From positions 4,833 to 68,832 of the forward strand of contig CAXBPY010000004.1 in NCBI GenBank assembly GCA_963977675.1: DNA of 64,000 nt, in the 5' to 3' direction. Shown one piece after another: positions 35,265-43,193 of the stretch. The stretch is from an uncultured bacterium. Lineage in GTDB: Bacteria; Bacteroidota; Bacteroidia; Chitinophagales; UBA10324. The notes under the pieces are model-generated. The model made no database searches. It saw only the letters and a list, made by a program, of their open reading frames with translations, and was not told the origin of the DNA. Position numbers and translations under genes: made by a program. The stretch's first letter is position 1. Every line of letters starts with the position of its first letter.

Positions 35265-37391
35265 TCAGAGAAATAAATATCTATTGTCTTCTATTTTGAT
35301 TGCTTTTTTCAATGCTTCCTGATACTGATATTCCATATTAGGAGCAACTTTGCTCAGGAGTTCCTCTTTATATTGATTGTAATCGGCTACAGCAGCGGGT
35401 TTGCTTACTGATTTAAGAACTGCCACAAACACGGCGTTACGACCAATAATTGGTTTTGAAACTTTACCTTCTTTTAATTCAGGTAAAGCGCCATTAAGTT
35501 TTGGTTCTGAGCCAATATTGGCAAAGTAACCGTCATTGAAAGAAAAATTATTTCCGCTTTCTACTTTCTTTCCAAATTTTGCTGCGATTGATTCAAGGTT
35601 TGCATTGAATGCCAAAGTGGTACTAAGTTGAGCAGCAATTAAGTTACCTTTCAATTCCATCCTGACTTGTGGTTCTATCTGATTACGCACATCATCTACG
35701 GCCGGGGTTCCTTCTTTAGTAATCGAAATCAAATGAGCAACTACATAATTATCCTGAAAACTAAATACCTCTGAAATGGCGTCTTTGTTAGAATTAAAAG
35801 CCCACTTAACTAATTCGCGCGCCGATGAAAGTCCCGGAATCTGAAAATCATTTTTCTTTACTTGCTCAGCCATTTGATGATTGTAAGAAGCTTTTTTTAC
35901 AGCGGTATCAAATTTTTCCGGTGAGTTATTATCCTGTAAAAATTTGGCAGCAGCTTCATAATATTTGTTTTCTGTTTCAGAACTTGACTCAACCGTTTTA
36001 GAAACCATAATAAACTGTACCTGTGGAGAAGGTAGTGGTTCTGCTGTAATCTTTGCGATGATAGCTCCGTTTTTATTCATTATCTTTTTTACATCGCCAA
36101 CCTTTCCTGATTCAAAAATAAAATTATTAAGCTCCTTGTCCGTTCCCGGGTTATATCGCATATAACCAATATCGCCACCTTTTTCACCGGTTGATTTATC
36201 ATCACTATATTTTCGGGCCATGTCTTCAAACATTGCCTCGCCACTTGTAATAGCGGTAAGAATGCTGTCAGATTTAGTTTTTATGGCGGTGCTGTCCTTA
36301 CCTTGAAATGAGAGGAAAATCAAAGAAGCTTTAACTGAATCCGGCATCATCTTTCTGTCAAGCAAAATTGCTGTTTTGTAATCGCCATCTTCCATAAATG
36401 TAGCTACTGTTCCATTCAAAGGCATTTTCATCAAAGTGTCTTTCAACTTATTACTCGTGATCAGCGAAGAACTCCAATACATCTTATCATAACCGCGATC
36501 ACCTTTCATCCTGAAAAAATTTGTATCAGTTGGATCAGATACAAAATGATTGTAAGCAGTATTTACATAATCAAATGATTTAGCAGTATCATCTGATGAA
36601 GGTTTTGATGTGAAGATTACATACTCGAGCTTGCGGGATTCCTCTTGCTTCAACTCAACTTTGTGACGGTTGATATAATCCTGTAAATCTGCGTCTGTAA
36701 CCTTTACCGCTGAATCAGAAATATCAGTCAAAGGAAGTTTTACATATTCGATATCATATTTAGTTTCCTTGTTAATATATTCCATTTCTGCTTCCCACTT
36801 TGGAACATAAACTCCGCCTTTTAATAGTGCTTTATACTTATCAGCTTTTACTTCATTCACCAGGTATTCAACAAAGTTGTTCCAGCGTGCGCGCTTTTCT
36901 ACCGGGTCCTGGCCGCTTTGATCCTGTTTGTCCAGATTGTCGATATAATTTTTCACGATCATGGGATCATAAACTCCGGTGTTAGGATTTGTAAAAGATT
37001 TTTTCAGTTCAGGATATGGATTCACATAGAATAAATCCTGTAGTTGTTTTTCAGGAAGTGTTATTCCAAGCGCGTCAAACTCCCGATCGTTTAAGTAATC
37101 AGAAATCATTTTATTCCAGGCTTGCTCACGAAGGGAATAACTTAGGTTATCATCAATATTTGCTTTGTTATTCTGAAGCTTATATGATTCAGTTACTTTA
37201 TCTACGACAGTAAGGAAATCATTATAAGAAATTTTTTTTCCATCAATGTAACCTACGGTATCGCCCTTGCCGCCGAGTAAGCCGGAGTTGGAGTTCAATG
37301 CTGTTTGAAGAACAAATAATCCAAGTGAAAGTCCGATCAGAATTACGATAAAAGTTCCAAGTCTGTTTCGGATAAGCTGGATAAGAGTCAT
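35265..37391 (-). CDS. Periplasmic chaperone / peptidylprolyl isomerase, PpiD/SurA-like
   Basis: 708 aa; N-terminal membrane anchor LGTFIVILIGLSLGLFVL; parvulin-type segment KYSDDKSTGEKGGDIGYM. Confidence 0.85.
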   Translation of the reverse strand: MTLIQLIRNRLGTFIVILIGLSLGLFVLQTALNSNSGLLGGKGDTVGYIDGKKISYNDFLTVVDKVTESYKLQNNKANIDDNLSYSLREQAWNKMISDYLNDREFDALGITLPEKQLQDLFYVNPYPELKKSFTNPNTGVYDPMIVKNYIDNLDKQDQSGQDPVEKRARWNNFVEYLVNEVKADKYKALLKGGVYVPKWEAEMEYINKETKYDIEYVKLPLTDISDSAVKVTDADLQDYINRHKVELKQEESRKLEYVIFTSKPSSDDTAKSFDYVNTAYNHFVSDPTDTNFFRMKGDRGYDKMYWSSSLITSNKLKDTLMKMPLNGTVATFMEDGDYKTAILLDRKMMPDSVKASLIFLSFQGKDSTAIKTKSDSILTAITSGEAMFEDMARKYSDDKSTGEKGGDIGYMRYNPGTDKELNNFIFESGKVGDVKKIMNKNGAIIAKITAEPLPSPQVQFIMVSKTVESSSETENKYYEAAAKFLQDNNSPEKFDTAVKKASYNHQMAEQVKKNDFQIPGLSSARELVKWAFNSNKDAISEVFSFQDNYVVAHLISITKEGTPAVDDVRNQIEPQVRMELKGNLIAAQLSTTLAFNANLESIAAKFGKKVESGNNFSFNDGYFANIGSEPKLNGALPELKEGKVSKPIIGRNAVFVAVLKSVSKPAAVADYNQYKEELLSKVAPNMEYQYQEALKKAIKIEDNRYLFL

Positions 37392-37602
37392 GAGTGATTT
37401 TTACTTTTTATGAAGGTGTGCAAAGAAAATTCAACGCACTGAATATCCAAATCAGAATAACATTAACACAGAAGAGAAAATGACAGTGATTTTTTCTTTT
37501 AGAAAGACGGTTCAAAACAAAATTTAGAACTCAGATAAGCAATTGGCACAGGGCTTGGCTAAGGGGATATATTAATCGTAAACAAAAAGGAGCAAACAAG
37601 TT

Positions 37603-38349
37603 ATGAAAAAGAAAATTCTACAAGTTGTGTTAGTCGCTCTGATGGCTTTGCCTGCACAGGCATTCTGTTTTGGCGACGCGGCAATCAACATCCGCAATTT
37701 CGACAATGACTTAATTACAGTGATGATCGATGGAGTACAGTATCCGACAGCCGTGAATGAATTCCATCTTTCAGGGATTGATGCGGGCCGGCATTTAGTC
37801 AAAGTATTTACACGCGAACGCTACGGATGGAATTATTCAAATTTCACTCACCTTGCTTTCAACGGATCTGTGATGCTCAAGTGCGGCGAAGAAATTTTTG
37901 CTGAGATTGATCGATTTAATCAAATGCATATAAAAAGGGTGATGAGCTTTATTCAACCTGCACCTGTAACATTGATTAGTAAGCCCGGTTTGGCCTGCCA
38001 TAATTCTTTTGATAACAATTATCATCAGGACAACTGCAATCACATTGATTACAACTACGGCCCATTTGCCATGGATGATCAATCTTTTTGTGCGCTTAAG
38101 CAAAGCATTGCAGAAAAATGGTTTGACAGCACTAAAAAAGAACAGGCCGAAATGGCGCTGAAGTATAACTGGCTTACTGCACAACAGGTTGCTTCTATTA
38201 TGAACCTGTTTGACTTCGAAAGCACAAAACTCGACTTTGCAAAATTTGCATTCAGTCATACAGTGGACCCGCAGAATTACTGGATCGTGAATGATGCTTT
38301 CAGTTTTAGTTCAAGCATCAGCGATTTACAACACTACATAGGGTATTAA
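37603..38349 (+). CDS. DUF4476 domain-containing secreted protein
   Basis: 248 aa; signal peptide; C-terminal MDDQSFCALKQSI...FDSTKKE...LTAQQVASIMNLFDFESTKLDFAKFAF matches the DUF4476 pattern. Confidence 0.75.
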   Translation: MKKKILQVVLVALMALPAQAFCFGDAAINIRNFDNDLITVMIDGVQYPTAVNEFHLSGIDAGRHLVKVFTRERYGWNYSNFTHLAFNGSVMLKCGEEIFAEIDRFNQMHIKRVMSFIQPAPVTLISKPGLACHNSFDNNYHQDNCNHIDYNYGPFAMDDQSFCALKQSIAEKWFDSTKKEQAEMALKYNWLTAQQVASIMNLFDFESTKLDFAKFAFSHTVDPQNYWIVNDAFSFSSSISDLQHYIGY

Positions 38350-38472
38350 TAAAGTTTGGTTTGGTTAGTTAGGGAGGGAACAAAAAGCCGTTCGCAGGGG
38401 TGTGGGCGGCTTTCCCTTTTATAAGAAAGAATGATTGAAGAAAAATTATTTCGCGCCACTTACTTTCACTTC

Positions 38473-38817
38473 ATGAAAACATATTTTCTCATAGCGATTG
38501 TGATAGCATGTTCGTGTAATGCGCAAAAGCAAACCACTGGTGAGCTGCCTGTTTTTATCAAGGAGAAAATAGAAAAGTTTAAAACGGAAACAGTGACCAA
38601 TCCTCCGAGAAGCATTTACAGCTACACTTACATGGATACAAAAGTTTATTTCTTTCCCGCACCGTGTTGCGACCGCATGAGTGAATTGTACGATGCATCT
38701 GGAAATCTTCTTTGCAATCCTGACGGCGGCATTACCGGCAAGGGAGACGGAAGATGCAAAGACTTTTTTACAACCCGAACCAATGAGCAGTTGGTTTGGA
38801 AGGATGAGAGGAAATGA
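38473..38817 (+). CDS. Hypothetical Cys-rich lipoprotein
   Basis: MKTYFLIAIVIACSC lipobox from ATG 38473 (track start 38431); six further Cys residues. Confidence 0.65.
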   Translation: MKTYFLIAIVIACSCNAQKQTTGELPVFIKEKIEKFKTETVTNPPRSIYSYTYMDTKVYFFPAPCCDRMSELYDASGNLLCNPDGGITGKGDGRCKDFFTTRTNEQLVWKDERK

Positions 38818-38845
38818 GATTTGAAAATCTGAAATTGAAAATTGC
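38811..38845. repeat. Degenerate heptamer tract GAAATGA GATTTGA AAATCTG AAATTGA AAATTGC
   Basis: Spans the stop of the upstream gene. It is followed by the -7-like TATTTTTA (38850-38857) and the GTG at 38862. Confidence 0.55.
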
Positions 38846-38861
38846 TCTCTATTTTTATTCG

Positions 38862-39878
38862 GTGAAAAAAGAATTACTTTTTTTATTCTTTATAGTTTCT
38901 GCTAAATATTCTTTTAGTCAAAACTATCATCCATTTCCAGATTCGATTGCTAGGTGGAGCGAATGCTCATTTTTTGTTGGAGCACAAACAGGAGGAAACA
39001 CATATGATATTCATAGAGGATGGTTTTATGCTTTAGGAAATGATACATTAATTAATTCAATCAACTACACATTAGTTGGTGTTCAAAGCACTTGGGATTA
39101 TCAGCTAGATAACGGGGTAGTGACTAGTAAACACAATTCACCAATTAATCCTCCGGGAGAAATTTTTGGAGCAATCAGAGAAGACAGTTCTAAAAAAGTA
39201 TGGTTCAGGAATTTTTTTCATAACATGAATGAATTGTATTTAAGGTGCGGCGGGCTATATGAATTAGCTGCTGATACCGAAATCTTGCTTTATGATTTCA
39301 ATTTACACCTAGGAGACACAATTCATTTTGGATCTACTTTCAGAACGGTATTGAATATTGACTCAATCATGTTTAGTGATGGTATTTATCGAAAAAGATA
39401 TCAGGTAGATTGGGGCGGTCCTTGCATGAATGACTATTGGATTGAAGGTATGGGGAGTTCACTTGGGTTATTTGGTGCATATGAGGCAGCACCATGCAGC
39501 CAGGACAGTTATCAAGGTTGCAGTATGAATTGCTTTTGGTTGAATGAAGAGAACATGATTTCATTTCCTAATTACTCTTCAATGGTAGAATGTGATTCCT
39601 CCAATTATCCATGGGGTGTGGGAATTGATTTAATTGATGAATCAGATCCGGAATATCATTCAATCAATGGGAAGAAAATTGTCTTTCATTTAAAAGACAG
39701 GGAGTTTCTCGAAAACGAAATAGAAATTTATAATGAAATTGGGCAGTTGGTTCTAAATCATAAAATCGAAAATCAAAATGTAGAAATGGATTTATCAAAT
39801 CTTTCTGAAGGAATCTATTTTTATCGTATTGCTGATGATTATTCAAAAACCTTGGTTGGGAAATTTTTTATAGAATAA
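38862..39878 (+). CDS. T9SS C-terminal-sorting-domain protein, function unknown
   Basis: A GTG start at 38862 gives the canonical signal peptide MKKELLFLFFIVSAKYSFSQ. The track start at 38814 would read through the heptamer tract. CTD EIYNEIGQLV...GIYFYRI...GKFFIE. Confidence 0.78.
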   Translation: MKKELLFLFFIVSAKYSFSQNYHPFPDSIARWSECSFFVGAQTGGNTYDIHRGWFYALGNDTLINSINYTLVGVQSTWDYQLDNGVVTSKHNSPINPPGEIFGAIREDSSKKVWFRNFFHNMNELYLRCGGLYELAADTEILLYDFNLHLGDTIHFGSTFRTVLNIDSIMFSDGIYRKRYQVDWGGPCMNDYWIEGMGSSLGLFGAYEAAPCSQDSYQGCSMNCFWLNEENMISFPNYSSMVECDSSNYPWGVGIDLIDESDPEYHSINGKKIVFHLKDREFLENEIEIYNEIGQLVLNHKIENQNVEMDLSNLSEGIYFYRIADDYSKTLVGKFFIE

Positions 39879-39952
39879 CCCATAATAAAAAACCACCTTG
39901 TAATAAAACTGCCGCAATCCATTAGGTTGTTATATGCCGATAATTAATTTTA

Positions 39953-40035
39953 ATAGGAGTCATAGGAGTTTAGATAGGAGTCATAAGAGTTTAAACTCCT
40001 AATACTCCTTTTGTTTTTACTCCTATAACTCTTAG
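39953..40035. repeat. Composite repeat: 21-nt unit x2 (ATAGGAGTC ATAGGAGTT TAG / ATAGGAGTC ATAAGAGTT TAA) followed by four inverted copies (ACTCCTA, ACTCCTT, ACTCCTA, ACTCTTA)
   Basis: Read directly; lies between convergent gene ends at 39878 (+) and 40048 (-). Confidence 0.85.
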
Positions 40036-40047
40036 TTAAAGTACTCT

Positions 40048-42492
40048 CTAAAAATCCAGCTTGTAATAAAACAGTGGCAATCTTCCGAGTTGGTATTCAT
40101 AACGAATGGGTGAAGTAGTTCCCAATTGGTCGGGTGCGTAGGTGAGTTTCAAAATATTTTTTGTGTCGAGTAGGTTCACAATGTCAATTCCAATTTCATG
40201 AGAAACTTTTTTTCTGTTGATGCGGTAATTGATTTTCAAATCGGCGCGGAAGTATCCGGCAAACTGTTGTGTGTTCACGGTTGAGTCAATGTATGTCAGT
40301 TCCTTGAAGTAATCAGAAGCAAGCGTGTCCACACTGCCGTGCCATCTGCCGCCAGCCATCGTAATTTTTGTTCCGAGTTGCAGCGCATTTTTCTTTTTGA
40401 TGATAAACTCTTTCGCCAAAACAAAATTGCCCGCATACTGCCCGTTGAAATCAGTATTGCGCTGCACACCATCGCTGCCCGTGTAAAGCGAATTGAAAAC
40501 CGAAACTGTTAACAGAAAATAATAATTCTTGCTGAAACCTTTTTCGAGTGTTGCCTCTACACCGTAGTTCTCACCGGTGCCTGTGTTCTTCAGCGTGTCC
40601 GGAAAAAAGCGGCTGAAGCCCGCGCCCGTATTCACCAATGAAAAAGAAGAAGCATAAGTTGTGACAGGCACTTCATACAAATGCTGGTAGTATGTTTCTA
40701 ATTTCAGGTAAGTGTGCTTACCGAGTATGCGCTGGTAACCGAGCACTAAGTGTTCGCTCTTGGTTAATCCCATTTTCAAATTGTAAGGTGCTCCTCTATT
40801 CGCCGGGTCAAAGAAATACAAGTATGGTTGCTGAATCTGCGAATGAATTCCTGTTCCCAAACTCAACATATTTTTTCCAAACTCATATTGCAAGCCTGCA
40901 CGCGGCTCAACAAGCGAAGAACTATTGCTGAGTGAAAAATAAATGGCATGCCATCCGAGATTTATACTCAGCGCATCTGAAAATTTGTAACGCATTTGCA
41001 CATAAGGTTGAATCAACATCGCGTTGTCATTTGCATTCCAGCGATGATAAAAACTCCAGTAAGCATGAGTAAGTGTGTCAGCAGGAAGAATATTCCGGAT
41101 GCTGTCTTTGTAATTAAAAAAATATTCATCGGCATTCACACCGAGTTTGAAAGAAAGTTTGTTGCTCACCCTGTAATTAAGATACCAACCCACGCACGCT
41201 TTCGAAGTTGCGAAATTGTAACCGAGCAAGTGCACGAGTGAATCATTTACAAAAAGTGAATCGGCAGAAACATGACGATACACCAACTCGTGATGCGCAT
41301 TCTCTGCTTCGCCCTGCATCATGAAAGTTATTTTGGAAAATATTTTTTGCGAGAAAGATTTATTCATACTCAATCCAACCAAGCCCATCTTCGAGCGGAA
41401 ATACTGATCGCGGTCGTTCTCGCCGTAAATATTTACCGAAGGTTTTTTCTGATCGCTGATGAGGATATCCACTGCACTCATTCCGCCGAGACCAAAGAGC
41501 GAGAGGTTGAAATTTTTCTTCATCGGAAAATTCAAACGGAAACTTCCATCCTGATAATGCGGAATGGCATCAGTTCCGATTTTAATTCCAAGCGCACCAA
41601 ACAATGCAAGCGTGCTGTAACGGTAAGTAATCAGATATGAAGATTTTGTTTTCTTGCTGATGGGACCTTCAGCTAAAACTTCTGTTCCGAGAAAACCAAA
41701 CTGCCCGCTGAACTCATGATGCTCATTGTTTCCGTTTCGAAGTTTTAAATCGAAAGCACCCGCAACAGAATTTCCGAACTCAGCAGGAAAAGCGCCGGTG
41801 TAGAAATCAGAGTTCGCTAGAATTTTATTGTTGAGAATAGAAACCGGTCCGCCTGCCGTGCCGGGAATATTAAAATGATTCGGATTGAAAATGTCAACTC
41901 CTTCCACGCGCCACAAAACTCCTCCGGGAGAATTACCGCGAATCACAATATCGTTTCGTGAATCATCTGCCCCCTGCACTCCGGCGAAGTTGCTTGCCAT
42001 GCGTGCGGGGTCGCTTCGGCTGCCAGCATACAAATTTGTTTCGGCAACAGAAAAAGTTCGCGCACTCACCGTTGCCATTTCATTGCTGCTCTGCCCAACC
42101 TGACTTGCAGTGATTACAACTTCTTCCATTTGCTGCGCGCTTGATTCCATTTTCACATTAACTATTTCTTCTTTTCCAGAAGTAAGAATTATGTCACGCA
42201 TCCATGCGTCTTTGTAACCAACATAAATCAAATGCAAACTGTATCGACCGACAGTTATATTATCGAAACGATAACTGCCATCATCCTCTGTATATTTTCC
42301 TGAGACAGTAGAACTGTCCTTCATCAACACAACTGTTGCATCCAGCAGCGGATAATTATTCTCTGCATCTGTTACAACGCCGCGAATGGTTTGTGTTGGG
42401 GTTTGAGCTTGTGAAGTGAAAGGTGAAAAGTGAAAGGTGAAGAGGAATACAAGACCGAAGACAGAAGAGGGGAGACGGAAGATTTTTTTCAT
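40048..42492 (-). CDS. TonB-dependent receptor with N-terminal carboxypeptidase-regulatory-like domain
   Basis: 814 aa; IRGVVTDAENNYPLLDATVVL (CarbopepD_reg), plug motifs (DIVIRGNSPGGVLWRVEGVDI), C-terminal barrel ending YYKLDF. Confidence 0.88.
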   Translation of the reverse strand: MKKIFRLPSSVFGLVFLFTFHFSPFTSQAQTPTQTIRGVVTDAENNYPLLDATVVLMKDSSTVSGKYTEDDGSYRFDNITVGRYSLHLIYVGYKDAWMRDIILTSGKEEIVNVKMESSAQQMEEVVITASQVGQSSNEMATVSARTFSVAETNLYAGSRSDPARMASNFAGVQGADDSRNDIVIRGNSPGGVLWRVEGVDIFNPNHFNIPGTAGGPVSILNNKILANSDFYTGAFPAEFGNSVAGAFDLKLRNGNNEHHEFSGQFGFLGTEVLAEGPISKKTKSSYLITYRYSTLALFGALGIKIGTDAIPHYQDGSFRLNFPMKKNFNLSLFGLGGMSAVDILISDQKKPSVNIYGENDRDQYFRSKMGLVGLSMNKSFSQKIFSKITFMMQGEAENAHHELVYRHVSADSLFVNDSLVHLLGYNFATSKACVGWYLNYRVSNKLSFKLGVNADEYFFNYKDSIRNILPADTLTHAYWSFYHRWNANDNAMLIQPYVQMRYKFSDALSINLGWHAIYFSLSNSSSLVEPRAGLQYEFGKNMLSLGTGIHSQIQQPYLYFFDPANRGAPYNLKMGLTKSEHLVLGYQRILGKHTYLKLETYYQHLYEVPVTTYASSFSLVNTGAGFSRFFPDTLKNTGTGENYGVEATLEKGFSKNYYFLLTVSVFNSLYTGSDGVQRNTDFNGQYAGNFVLAKEFIIKKKNALQLGTKITMAGGRWHGSVDTLASDYFKELTYIDSTVNTQQFAGYFRADLKINYRINRKKVSHEIGIDIVNLLDTKNILKLTYAPDQLGTTSPIRYEYQLGRLPLFYYKLDF
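42411..42487. repeat. Eleven consecutive heptamer units inside the TonB-receptor signal-peptide coding region
   Basis: GTGAAGT GAAAGGT GAAAAGT GAAAGGT GAAGAGG AATACAA GACCGAA GACAGAA GAGGGGA GACGGAA GATTTTT (plus strand). The reverse strand encodes residues 2-27. Confidence 0.85.
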
Positions 42493-42602
42493 GAGAGAAT
42501 TTTTTGTTGACTCAAAAATTGTTTCGTGAATATGAAGTGGAGTTGACTTATGTCAAAAACTTTCCTTCAACAAGAAGCTAAATAATTTCTATAAAAAAAT
42601 TA

Positions 42603-43193
42603 CTACCTGTAATGATTCGCACGGATGTTTTTCGCTGCGAGTGAAATAGTTTCTTCAATTCGTTTGGCGCGTGTCTCCAGCCTTTTCGCTTCAGTTATCC
42701 AATGAAGAATTATTTTTTTTGAAGAGGGCGGAAACGCTTCGAAGTTTTTGAAAGCAGTTTTATTCTTCAGAAATTTTTTCTGAAGATCTTCCGGAATAAT
42801 GATGTTGTCAATTGCATCGAGCGCAAGCCATGTTCCGGTTTGCTTAGCGAGTTCAATCATTTCCATTCCTGCAGGAGCAATCAGTTTTTTCTTCAAAAGT
42901 TTTTCAACCCGCTCACGATTGAGTTTACTCCACTTGCTTTTCGGGTTTCGTTTCGAAAAAAATAAATAGAAACTTTCTGAATCGCGCTTGTTCGGTTTGC
43001 TGTCAATCCATCCGAAACACAATGCTTCTTCTACTGCTTCAGGATAGTAAACACTTTTTGTCGGCGATTGCTTTCGATAAATAATTAACCAAACATTTTT
43101 TTCTTTCAGATGATTTGCAGCAAGCCACTTTCTCCACTGCGCCCGCGTGGGAGCGTGAAATGTTTTGCTTCCGTTTTTCAGCGCTTCCTTCAA
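42603..43193 (-). CDS. YdeI/OmpD-associated family protein
   Basis: 196 aa; WRKWLAANH...VWLIIYRK...EEALCFGWIDS pattern; its start overlaps the stop of the upstream BNR gene by 4 nt. Confidence 0.75.
   Translation of the reverse strand: MKEALKNGSKTFHAPTRAQWRKWLAANHLKEKNVWLIIYRKQSPTKSVYYPEAVEEALCFGWIDSKPNKRDSESFYLFFSKRNPKSKWSKLNRERVEKLLKKKLIAPAGMEMIELAKQTGTWLALDAIDNIIIPEDLQKKFLKNKTAFKNFEAFPPSSKKIILHWITEAKRLETRAKRIEETISLAAKNIRANHYR

Noticed and set aside
39953-40035. AGGAG cores of the TAGGAGT repeats as ribosome-binding sites
   Set aside because: The element lies between two convergent 3' ends with no downstream start codon, and Bacteroidota generally do not rely on Shine-Dalgarno pairing.
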